Program-made: the position numbers and the translations under genes
The notes under the pieces: generated by a model
Database searches by the model: none
What the model was told of the DNA's origin: nothing
Seen by the model: only the letters and a program-made list of their open reading frames with translations
Assembly (NCBI RefSeq): GCF_046119375.1
Contig: NW_027362771.1
Location: 599,292,001 to 599,356,000 of the forward strand
Reading direction: 5' to 3'
DNA from: Phyllobates terribilis
Lineage: Eukaryota
DNA length: 64,000 nucleotides
In this document: piece by piece, positions 21,167 to 32,270 of the stretch
Layout: each line of letters opens with the position of its first letter
How positions within the stretch are numbered: position 1 is the stretch's first letter

Positions 21167-21758
21167 TTTTTTTTTTATGTATGTGGTGCGTATCATTACT
21201 TTATTTAGAGTGTGTCCGTGCGTGTGCGTGTGTGCTCGGTTTTTTCTGAGAAAAAAAAAGAACAAACGTAAGTGGTGCAAACAGCGAGCACGAGTGCGGA
21301 TGAGTGATCTGTGGTCACTGATACAGCGCTTGGCCGCTGCACGAAGCACGAAAAAAGAACGGACAAAAGTCGAGCTATCAAGTACTGATCAAGCGGTTAT
21401 CAGCACTTGGTGGCAGAAAGGGATCAAAAAATCCTACTTACAGTTGTCTTCTGTAAGACGTCTTCTGGAGCAGGAGCAGCGATTGTGGTGTCACAGGCTT
21501 CTGTGGCACCACAAGGCCCAGCACGGCGCACAATCAGACAGCGCGACCGCCCTCTAGAAAAGAAAAAAAGGGTAAAGTAGCGAGCGCGAGTCCTGATCGG
21601 TGATTTGCGTCACCGATCAACTTTCGGCGACTGCTGGATGGATGCACGCACGGAAAGTGGGAGGGGGAAGGGGGAATTGACAGGGACAAAATAAAGTCCT
21701 GAAAAGCAGCGAGTATGGACGTTGATCAGTGCAGGATGCACGAAAAAAACAAACGGGG

Positions 21759-21980
21759 AGGGGGATTGGGGTGGGAAGGGGGCTAAAAAGAGGGAGGAGA
21801 GGGGGATTGGGGTGGGAAGGGGGCTAAAAAGAGGGAGGAGAGGGGGATTGGGGTGGGAAGGGGGCTAAAAAGAGGGATGAGAGGGGGATTGGGGTGGGAA
21901 GGGGGCTAAAAAGAGGGAGGAGAGGGGGATTGGGGTGGGAAGGGGCTAAAAAGAGGGAGGAGAGGGGGATTGGGGTGGAT
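21759..21980 (+). repeat. 41-bp G-rich tandem repeat, about 5 copies
   Basis: Unit AGGGGGATTGGGGTGGGAAGGGGGCTAAAAAGAGGGAGGAG; starts at 21800 and 21841. Confidence 0.9.
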
Positions 21981-23161
21981 GAGGAGAGATCAGAGATGGA
22001 CTTACTAAAGTCTTCTCTGTTCTTCTTTCAGCAGCAGCAGGCTCTGGAGCAGGAACAGCTTACCGCAGCAGCAGGAGACCGGAGCAGGACACCAGCGACT
22101 GGTGTAGGTGAGAGGAAGGTCTTGTGGTGTCACAGGTGCTTCTGCGGCACCACAAAGCCCAACCCAGCGCAGATCAGTGTGTGACTGCTCTGTAGAAATT
22201 CTCACCAAGTGTGAAGAGCTGCAGGGCGGTCACAGGGGGGTGATAGGGTGGTGACAGGCCTGTCACCTCCCGGTCTGGCACTATGTCATCGATCGCTGCA
22301 ATCAGAGCTGGCTGGGGCCTGTGCCAACATCACAGGGGGTCATGGGGCGGTGACAGGCAGGTCACAAGCCAGTCACGTCCCCGTGACATTGCTTTCTCCA
22401 AGCGGTAGCGCTCTGATCAGTGCGATCAATGTGATCGGCGATCGCACCGATCAGAGCGGGTTGGGGCCAGGGCTGGGGTTTCTAGCTAGGATCGGTGCTC
22501 TTAGAAGCACTGATCCTAGGCTGCACATCACTGTTTCCGGCAATAACCGTTTCCTTCCAATCTGATTGCGGGAAACAGTGAGAAATGCTGTGATTAGCTG
22601 TTCAAAATTGAACAGCGAATCACAGCGATCGTGTTTGCGGGGGGGGCGACACCCCCCGGGATGCCGATGCCATCTACCCTGAGGTAAGATGGCGCCGGAA
22701 ATTTAATGCGATCACCGCGACCGAAGTCACGGTGCCGCATTAAAGCTAGGGCGTACTAATACGTATCAGACCCATAAGGCCCAGGGTGCAGATACGTATT
22801 AGTACGCCTAAGGCCGGAAAGGGGTTAAAGGATCTGGGAATGTTTAGGTTGCTAAATAGGAGGTTAAGAGGAGACTTAATAGCTGTCTACAAATATCTCA
22901 AGGGCTGTCACATTGTAGAAGGATCATCTTTATTCTCATTTGCACAAGGAAAGACTAGAAGCAATGGGATGAAACTAAATGGGAGGAGACACAGATTAGA
23001 TATTAGAAAAAACTTTTTGACATTGAGGGTGATTAATGAGTGGAACAGGCTGCCACGAGAGGTGGTGAGTTCCCCTTCAATGGACGTCTTCAAACAGAGG
23101 CTGGACAGACATCTGTCTGAGATGATCTAGTGAATCCTGCATTGAGCAGGGGGTTGGACTC

Positions 23162-23468
23162 CAGGGCTGTGGAGTCGGTAAGCCAAACCTACGACTCCTC
23201 AATTTCCACGACACCAACTCCCTCATACATGGCTCATGTTTAAGTGATAAATTTACTGTAGCACAGATTCATCTCAGCTAAAAGTCTAGACCCTTAGATC
23301 AGGAATAGGACAGACATTTATAGGACATTACATAACTTTACCAAATTTTTATGAAAAAATATTCCCCACAAACTGCATTGAATTACTGTACCCAATTTAT
23401 TATATATTTTAGAAGTCGGTCCATTTGATACCGACTTCACCAAAATGGGCTCCGACTCCACAGCCCTG
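23162..23468. mobile_element. hAT-type MITE in the CR1 3' UTR
   Basis: Perfect 17-bp TIR CAGGGCTGTGGAGTCGG; 8-bp TSD TTGGACTC/TTGGACAC (7 of 8 match). Confidence 0.88.
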
Positions 23469-24666
23469 TTGGACACGATGACCCTGGAGGTCCCCTCCAA
23501 CTCTAACATGCTATGATTGCAGCTCCATCCATGGAAGTTATTTTGGAAGGTAAGGGATTGGTTAAGTTATGTGCACACAGGGTTATTTTGTGTTTTTCTC
23601 AAAAGCTAGATCTCTTCTCTACGAGGCTGGTCAAGAGATTTTTATATCATAGTTTTGAAGGCTCAGCTTCTAGTTTTCTGTCCTGGAGTCAACGTTGTCT
23701 TTATGCTTGGTGGCCATAATAATCTTTTTGCCCAGATGCCCTGGCTTACCTGGCTCGGGATTCTGTCTGCGCCAGATCCTTTCAGAGGTAGAGGGTCGCC
23801 TTCGCAGGATCCCTGTGTTTTAATCTCAATCCAGGGTCTACAATTTACGGCCTAGAATTTCTGAGTAAGGGTCTCTGCAGATTTTATAGAATCCTTTATA
23901 AAAAAAAATTAGGGAAAACCTATAATAGTCATGCCACGACCTGGAAAGCTTTTGTCTACTTTACACTTCTTCTTCTCCTGTACCAGTCAATACAATTCTG
24001 TTTTGATGGTGGTGCTTCTAAAGTCCAGGTCTTTGCACTTATCATCCAACCCTCCCTTTTTAAATATCCTAAGGGCTCATTCACGCATCAGGGTTCAATG
24101 TTGATCCAAGTGTCGGATCAAACTCTCCAATGAAAGTCTATGGGTCCATGAAAAAAAAAATAATTGGACAGCACTCTGATGCCATCTGGGATCTGTTGAG
24201 TTGCAGGTCTCCAAGGCTTGTCCTGCTAGAAGGATTATGGCTACTTGGATTGAACATACAACCGAAGAGTTTTGCTTTTTTATATTTCTTTGTTAACCAT
24301 TACTGGTGCCGTCATGGGTTTAGGAGGAAAAAATTGATAATTACTTGGCGGTAATTTGATTTTCCGGAGCCCATGACTGCGTGCTTCATATTCCCTTCCT
24401 TTTTATTCTGGAAGAAGTGATGTTTCCTTCACTTGGTAATATGTATTAGTTGCTTTCTGTCATCGCAGTCCGTATTGAAGGTTTTTCTTTACAAACCTTT
24501 TTAGGTTTCCTGTCCTGGATGGGTGATCCTCTCTCCTGTTGCTGGTATGGGATATGGAAAAATCAAATTACCAGCAAAATTTTTTTTTTACAGTATTCAT
24601 TTTATTTTAAAAATGACCTGGAAATTTGAGTTTCCAGGTCAGTACAATTATGCAGATACCAAACAT

Positions 24667-24705
24667 CGCCTCTTGAAAAAGAACGCCGAAACGCGCGTCG
24701 GGGCG
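24667..24705 (+). ncRNA. Minimal type I hammerhead ribozyme variant (Penelope-type)
   Basis: Stem I CGCCTC(24667-72)/GGGGCG(24700-05). Core UUGAAAA, which is CUGANGA with the compensatory C3U/G8A change. One-bp stem II G(24681)-C(24687). GAAA at 24688-91. Palindromic stem III CGCGCG. GUC cleavage triplet ending at 24699. Confidence 0.7.
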
Positions 24706-25315
24706 CGCTTTCCCCAGTTGCACTGCTGGATACTCCCTGTTGGGGTCGTGGGCCCTTCTTATTCCGTTTATCTGTGGTGAGTCACTGTACCGATGCGCCA
24801 TATGGATTACAGGCCTTACTAATACCCCCTTCATTTGATATGGGGGAATTTATATATAGGCAATGAATAAGGTTAAGGTCTCCCTGTATGCTAAACTATA
24901 TCAACTGTGATTTTTATTTTATGTTACCCGCTTGGTGTGGGATGGATATTATGATATAGGGGGCCACCTCTTCCTTGGCGCTATAGATTCTATTATCTTG
25001 TATATATCAACATTGACTTACCTATGTCTGTATTGATTGTGTATACAAATTGACTACTTTATACTGCCCGCTCCCCCTCGGTACTCCCCAGCCTCTGGCA
25101 CTTTGCACCTTACCCCTCTGACACTGTAACTTTTATATGCTTTTTATAACTTGGAATTTTGTATTTAAATAAAATTATACTCATTGTTTGCCACAGTACT
25201 CAAGTGTCCTCCTATTTTATATGCATTTATTGGAGTAGGCAATACGGACCTGGTGCCTGACACTAGGTTTTGGTACTATGGTCTGTCCAGTATTGAACAT
25301 TTGGCCTTTTTTCTT
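24668..25315 (+). mobile_element. Hammerhead-headed non-autonomous retroelement (Penelope pseudo-LTR or retrozyme-like), 648 bp
   Basis: Flanked by the exact 15-bp direct repeat CAGATACCAAACATC (24653-24667 and 25316-25330); internal AATAAA at 25168; no long ORF. Confidence 0.7.
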
Positions 25316-25700
25316 CAGATACCAAACATCTATAGTTTTTGGTTTAAGTTGGCAAACAAAAAAATTCACTAGTGACGCCACTTCCCAAGATTTTGAACTT
25401 TAGGTGGATGGAGCTGTGTGAAGACTTGTTTTTGTGCCCTGAGCTTAGGATTTTATTGATATCAATTTGGGGAACATATTATGTTTGATTGCCTTTCATT
25501 ACATTATTATTGTGTTGTGGTGTCCAAAAAAAACTGCAATTTTGCAGTTTCGATTTTTTTTTTTTTTTCTCGCGTCATTTACCGTTGTGATTAATTTTAT
25601 ATTTTGATAGACTGGACTTTTACGAAAGTGATACCAAATGTGCGTTTACTTTATTTTAATGGGAGTGATTTGAACTTTTATATATTTTTTTAAAGTTTAA

Positions 25701-26045
25701 AGGGGTATTCATATCTCCAAGATGCGATCCCAATATGTAGTAGGTGTAATAATAATAGCAAATACCTCCAATTAGAAATGTAGTATAGTTCTTCTGATAA
25801 GCTATGTCGCTACTCCATGTTAAGGGCATTGCAGGACCTTTAGGTATCCATGGTTATGACCACTAACAACTAGCTAACTGCAACTATGAGTTGTTGTAAC
25901 CATGGATACTTAAGCTACTGCAATGTCCTGCACATGGGGTAAGCCCCATAGCGAACCAGAATAGCTATACTACATTTCTAATGGGAGGTATTTGCTAATA
26001 TTATTATTACTACATATTGGGATCAGAGTGCTGGAAATATCCCTT
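25701..26045. mobile_element. T2/Kolobok-type MITE
   Basis: TTAA flanks; AGGGGTATT start; about 90-bp imperfect TIRs (GATCCCAATATGTAGTA..TAATAATAGCAAATACCTCC..TTAGAAATGTAGTATAG and its reverse complement). Confidence 0.75.
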
Positions 26046-26646
26046 TTAACTTTTCACTGTATTTATTAATCCCTTTAGGGGACTTTGAACCACCTGTGAT
26101 TGCCTGATCACTTGTGCTACACATACCATATAAGTGGGGATGGGCAGTACAGCAGAGCTGACAATGCTGTGAGGAGGCGAGCAGAGAAGGGTTTGTAATG
26201 TGACACAGCTAAACTCAGATGTGCTGCCTTCCTTGCCACAAAGACATTATCCGGAAGGGGGGAGTTATCTTTGCTCTATACCCAGCACTGTCTAATCATG
26301 CAGGAGGTGAGACCAGGAGATCAGCTCTGTGTCCTTACATCTCACACACTAAACCTAAGCTGTGGTGATGGGCACGTTCATCTTTCTCCAGGTGCTTTTG
26401 ATTGTGAGGAAGTACATGTTTTCACATCTGTTCACTTGGGATGGGGGGGGGGAAACCCAGCGCTGTTGGAACCACATTTGCACAAATAGGGGAAATGATA
26501 GAACAGAAAATCAATTCAAGGAGCCTGGCCTGTAGCTTGTTTGCAGGGCTCCCATCTTCACACTCCTGGTGCCTCTTCTTACTTGGAAGCCTGAGGCAAC
26601 ATCATGTGTGCATCACATCGGGTATATGAATAGTACAAAAAATATA

Positions 26647-28795
26647 CACTGCTCAAAAAAATAAAGGGAACACTTAAACAACAGAATATAACTCCAAGTA
26701 AATCAAACTTCTGTGAAATCAAACTGTCCAGTTAGGAAGCAACACTGATTGACAATCAATTTCACATGCTGTTGTGCAAATGGAATAGACAATAGATCGA
26801 AATTATCGGCAATTATCAAGACACCCTCAATAAAGGAGTGGTTCTGCAGGTGGGGACCACAGACCACATAGCAGCGCCAATGCTTTCTGGCTGTTTTGGT
26901 CACTTTTGAATGTTGGTTGTGCTTTCACACTCGTGGTAGCATGAGAAAGACTCTACAACCCACAGAAGTTGCTCAGGTAGTGCAGCTCATCCAGGATAGC
27001 ACATCAATGCGAGCTGTGGCAAGAAGGTTTGCTGTGTCTGTCAGTGTAGTGTCCAGAGGCTGGAGGAGTTACCAGGAGACAGGCCAGTACATCTGGAGAC
27101 GTGGAGGGGGCCGTAGGAGAGCAACAATCCAGCAGCAGGACCATTACCTCCTCCTTTGTGCAAGGAGGAACAGGAGGAGCACTGCCAGAGCCCTGCAAAA
27201 TGACCTCCAGCAGGCCACAAATGTGCATGTGTCTGCACAAACGGTTAGAAACCGACTTCATGAGAGTGGTATGAGGGCCCGACGTCCACAGATGGGGGTT
27301 GTGCTCACAGCCCAACACCGTGCAGGACGCTTGCAGTTTGCCACAGAACACCAGGATTGGCAAAGTCCCCACTGGCGCCCTGTGCTCTTCACAGATGAAA
27401 GCAGGTTCACACTGAGCACATGTGACAGACGTGACAGAGTCTGGAGACGCCGTGGAGAGCGATCTGATGCCTGCAACATCCTTCAGCATGACCGGTTTGG
27501 CAGTGGGTTAGTAATGGTGTGGGGTGGCATTTCTTTGGAGGGCCGCACAGCCCTCCATGTGCTTGCCAGAGGTAGCCTGACTGCCATTAGGTACCGAGAT
27601 GAGATCCTCAGACCCCTTGTGAGACCATATGCTGGTGCGGTTAACCCTGGGTTCCTCCCAATGCAGGACAATGCCAGACCTCATGTGGCTGGAGTGTGTC
27701 AGCAGTTCCTGCAAGATGAAGGCATTGAAGCTATGGACTGGCCGCCCGTTCCCCAGACCTGAATCCGATTGAGCACATCTGGGACATCATGTCTCGCTCC
27801 ATCCACCAACGTCACGTTGCACCACAGACTGTCCAGGAGTTGGCGGATGCTTTAGTCCAGGTCTGGGAGGAGATCCCACAGGAGACCATCCACACCCTCA
27901 TCAGGAGCATGCCCAGGCGTTGTAGGGAGGTCATACAGGCACGTGGAGGCCACACACAATACTCAGCCTCATCAGGAGCATGCCCAGGCGTTGTAGGGAG
28001 GTCATACAGGCACATGGAGGCCACACACAATACTCAGCCTCATCAGGAGCATGCCCAGGCATTGCAGGGAGGTCATACAGGCACATGGAGGCCACACACA
28101 ATACTCAGCCTCATCAGGAGCATGCCCAGGCATTGTAGGGAGGTCATACAGGCACGTGGAGGCCACACACAATACTCAGCCTCATCAGGAGCATGCCCAG
28201 GCATTGCAGGGAGGTCATACAGGCACGTGGAGGCCACACACACAATACTCAGCCTCATCAAGAGCATGCCCAGGCGTTGTAGGGAGGTCATACAGGCACG
28301 TGGAGGCCACACACACAATACTCAGCCTCATCAGGAGCATGCCCAGGCGTTATAGGGAGGTCATACAGGCACGTGGAGGCCACACACAATACTCAGCCTC
28401 ATCAGGAGCATGCCCAGGCGTTGTAGGGAGGTCATACAGGCACGTGGAGGCCACACACAATACTCAGCCTCATCAGGAGCATGCCCAGGCGTTGTAGGGA
28501 GGTCATACAGGCATGTGGAGGCCACACACAATACTGAGCCTCATTGTGACTTGTTTTAAGGACATTACATCACAGTTGGATCAGCCTGTAGTGTGTTTTT
28601 CCACTTTAATTTTGGGGGTGACTCCACATCCAGGCCTCCATTGGTTAATAAATGTGATTTCCATTGATGATTTTTGTGTGATTTTGTTGTCAGCACACTC
28701 AACTTTGCACAGAACAAAATATTCAATGAGAAGATTTCATTCATTCAGATCTAGGATGGGTTATTTCAGTGTTCCCTTTATTTTTTTGAGCAGTG
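26647..28795 (+). mobile_element. Near full-length Tc1 transposon
   Basis: TA TSD; perfect TIR CACTGCTCAAAAAAATAAAGGGAACAC. Transposase from ATG 26941 with TDESRF, QDNARPH and, after a 1-nt frameshift near 27742, [10 protein letters not shown]. Confidence 0.95.
27895..28545 (+). repeat. 71-bp tandem array (about 9 copies) of the Tc1 transposase 3' end
   Basis: TCAGGAGCATGCCCAGGC recurs at 27901, 27972, 28043, 28114, 28185 and onward. Confidence 0.93.
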
Positions 28796-28942
28796 TATAT
28801 ACGCCAGGGATTCCTGCAGGAGGGAGGCAGTTTTGTGGGGCTCCCATGGACTCCGGATGCAGCTGCTATAGACCAGGCTCCTGTGGATCGATTTGCTCAG
28901 CTTAAAAAAATGTTACAAAATCCAAACTTACGGCTTGTGTTA

Positions 28943-31900
28943 GGCCCCCTTCACACATGCTGAGGTTTCCAGTACCGCTGTCCGTGTGACACACGTACCG
29001 GAATAGAAATTACAGATGTTTAGGTGTTAGAGATGTACAAAGATAGATATCTGTGGGATATATAATTACCGCCTTGTGTGTGTTGCTTACTGTAAATGTA
29101 TTAACCTAGTAAATGAAAAACAAAAAAGATGTATTATCCCCCCCCCCACCACCCATTTTTGATTACCTTTTGCTGGTTAAGTAGACAGCTGCAGGCTGAT
29201 ATTATCAGGCTGGGAAGAAGCCTGGTTATTGGGCCCTTCCCAGCCTAAAACTACCAGCCCGCAGCCGCCCCGGAAGTGCCCCATCACATACGATGCTCCA
29301 ATTCTGGCACCTCGCCTTTGCTCTTCCCAATTGCCCTGGTGCGATGGCAATTAGGGTAATGGTATTTTGGCTTGATGACAGCTATGATTTGTCAAAAATC
29401 ACAGCTGCCATCAACCCCTGGTGTTAGTAATAGACCCCCTCCATCAGACACCACCATTACTAACCCAGCAATCAAAGAAAACAAAAACACAAATTCTTCA
29501 TTTCAATAAACAAACACCTTCCCATTACTAACCCCAGGGATTGATGTCAGCTGTGTTTTTTTGACAATTCACAGCTGACATCAACCCCAACTACCATTAC
29601 CCCGATTCCCACCGCACCAGGAAGCGCAAAGGCGGGGCGCCAGAATTGGAGCATCTCACGTGATGGGGAACCTGCGGCTGATATTTTTAGGCTGGGAAGG
29701 GCCCAATAACCAGGGACCTTCCCAGCCTGATAAGGTTAATACTAGTGATGGGTGAGCACTAAAATGCTCGGGTGCTCAAAGCTCGGGTCGAGCACATTGG
29801 AATACTCCAGTGCTCGACCCGAGCAACAAGCCCAATGTAAGTCTATGGGAAACTCGAGCATTTTTCTGGTGGTCCCCCCCCGGCGGTCTGCAGAAGGTCA
29901 AAAATTGCCCAAATCAATGGGAACGGTGCTCAATTAAACGTCAGGCAGGCAGAATATATAGGCAGGCAGGGTATATAGGAGGGTGCATGAAAAACATAGC
30001 AGGGCACTTGGAACACACTAGTGCCCTCCGATTTTCATGCACCCGTCTCTTTAAAAAAGCCGGCCGGCAATTCATCAGCGGCATACACCGGTACCCGACA
30101 ATTTAGAACAGAAAGAATAGAGCATCACACATAGATTAGATAGATAGAAACATGTCAGTCACATATATAAGAAGTACAGTGATAGTGTTGATTACTGTAC
30201 TTGTCATTTAGTGTTAAAATAAAGGATTTATTAAAAAAAAAATTGGCGTGGGGTTCCCCGTAATTTTAGTCTCTAGCGGAGGTTAAACAGACGGCTGGGG
30301 CAGATGTTTGAAGACTGGGAAGGGGGTAATACCCACGGAGCTTCCCAGACTACTAATATCAGCCCCCAGCTGAATACCTAGCCTTTACCAGCTATTAAAA
30401 TGGGGTCCCCCCTATTTTAAAAGCTAGCAAAGGCTAGGCAGACAGCTGGGGGCTGATATTAATAGCCCAGGAAGGGTGCCATGAATATTGGCCCCCTCCC
30501 AGGCTAGAAACACCAGCCGTCAGCCGCCCCAGAAATGGCGCATCCATAGGATTCTGGCACTTAGCCTTGCTCTTCCCACTGCCCTGTAGCAGTGGCAGGG
30601 GGTAATAGGGTTGGGGTTGATGTCAGCTTATAATGCCAGCTGACATCAAGCCCAGGTTAGTAATGGAGAGGCGTCTATAAGACACCCCCATTACTAACCC
30701 CATAGTCAAAGTTACAAAAAAACACAAACACCCAGAATAAAGTCCTTTAATTGAAATAAAGACACAATTCTTTATTGTTCTAAATTAAACCATATTTACC
30801 ATCACGCCCATTCCAGCTGAAGCCAACGATCTCCTGCAATAAAAGAAAAATAATAAAGCAACCTCATCCTTACCTTTCCATGGTTCCCAGGATGGCTCCA
30901 GCTCTGCTACATCGAGATGACAGGCTGGATCGCAGCAGAACGCTGCCATCCAGCCTGTCATCCCGCAGACACTGAGAAGCGCAGGCATGCTTGCGCTCCT
31001 CAGTGTCTGGCTGTGACGGCATCCAGATGAGCCGAGTTCATATCCAATGAACTCAGCTCACCTCATGCACGTCACTGACAGTGTGGGAAAATTCTCCTGC
31101 GCTTGCGGTGAGAGAATTCTCCTGCGCTTACGGCAAGCGCAGGAGAATTCTCCCACGCTGTCAGTGACGTGCATGAGGTGAGCTGAGTTCATTGGACATG
31201 ACCTTGGCTCATCTGGATGCCGTCACAGCCAGACACTGAGGAGCGCAAGCATGCCTGCGCTTCTCAGTGTCTGCGGGATGACAGGCTGGATGGCAGCGTT
31301 CTGCTGCGATCCAGCCTGTCATCTGAATGCAGCAGAGCTGGAGCTGTCCTGGGAACCATGGAACGGTAAGGATGAGGTTGGTTTATTATTTTACTTTTAT
31401 TGCAGGAGATTGTTGGCTTCAGCTGGAATGGGCGTGATGGTAAGTATGGTTTAATTTAGAACAATAAAGAAATGTGTGTTTATTTCAATTAAAGGACTTT
31501 ATTCTGGGTGTTTGTGTTTTTTTGTAACTTTGACTATGGGGTTAGTAATGGGGGTGTCTTATAGACGCCTCTCCATTACTAACCTCGGCTTGATGTCAGC
31601 TGGCATTATAAGCTGACATCAACCCTAGCCCTATTACCCCACTGCCACCGCTACAGGGCAGTGGGAAGAGCGAGGCTAAGTGCCAGAATTGGCGCATCCT
31701 ATGGATGCGCCATTTCTGGGGCGGCTGATGGCTGGTGTTTCTAGCCTGGGAGGGGGCCAATATTCATGGCACCCTTCCTGGGCTATTAATATCAGCCTCT
31801 CAGCTGTCTGCCTAGCCTTTGCTAGCTATTAAAATAGGTAGGACCCGAGCGCCAAACATGAAGGACGGGGACCCGAGCTCCCGCCCGAGCATGTCAAAAG

Positions 31901-32270
31901 TACTCGGCGAGCTCCGAGCATGTCGAGTACTGAGATGCTCGGGCGAGTACCGAGCAGTGGCGAGCATGCTCGCTCATCACTAGTTAATACACATACAGTA
32001 AGCTACACACACAAGGCACTAATTATATATCTCACGGATATCTATCTCTACACATCTATAACACCTAAACGGTACATGGCACACGGACAGCGCACGGTCA
32101 CCCGTGTGCACATTTGCAGTAGCTATGATCATCCGTGCTGCCGGAACAAGACAGACATGTCTACGTGTGGGTCAAACGGTCCGTGTGAAAATTTAGATTG
32201 TAATGGGTGCACGTGTATTGGGTGTGTGAAAAAATGACACCACACGTACTGGAGCCGTGTGAAGGGGGTC
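28943..32270. mobile_element. Harbinger-like foldback non-autonomous element hosting a hAT insertion
   Basis: Ends GGCCCCCTTCACAC / GTGTGAAGGGGGTC with TTA/TAA flanks. Subterminal IR 29020-29105 vs 31983-32080. Internal IR 29200-29270 vs 29665-29742. Confidence 0.7.
29743..31982. mobile_element. hAT non-autonomous element carrying a ~1.4-kb internal palindrome
   Basis: TIR TAGTGATGGGTGAGCA / TGCTCGCTCATCACTA; perfect 8-bp TSD GTTAATAC (29735-42 and 31983-90). Confidence 0.9.

Larger units (their letters stand above)
17236..22824 (-). mobile_element. piggyBac element with a decayed PGBD4-like transposase
   Basis: TTAA at 17232-17235 and 22825-22828; ends CCCCTTT...AAAGGGG. The host CR1 frame (SYEEWLK|DLGMF) is continuous across the TTAA. 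Confidence 0.85.
15700..23517 (+). mobile_element. CR1 LINE (5'-truncated, frameshifted ORF2/RT plus 3' UTR), split by a piggyBac and a hAT MITE
   Basis: Peptides [36 protein letters not shown]. After the piggyBac it resumes with LKDLGMF..RLRGDLIAVYKYLKG..RVINEWNRLPREVVSSPSMDVFKQRLD. The CR1-type tail CCCTGGAGGTCCCCTCCAACTCTAACATGCTATGATT ends at about 23517. The 5' limit is approximate. Confidence 0.9.

Noticed and set aside
27789-28905. Several 130-188-aa ORFs
   Set aside because: Frameshifted Tc1 C-terminus plus its 71-bp tandem copies.
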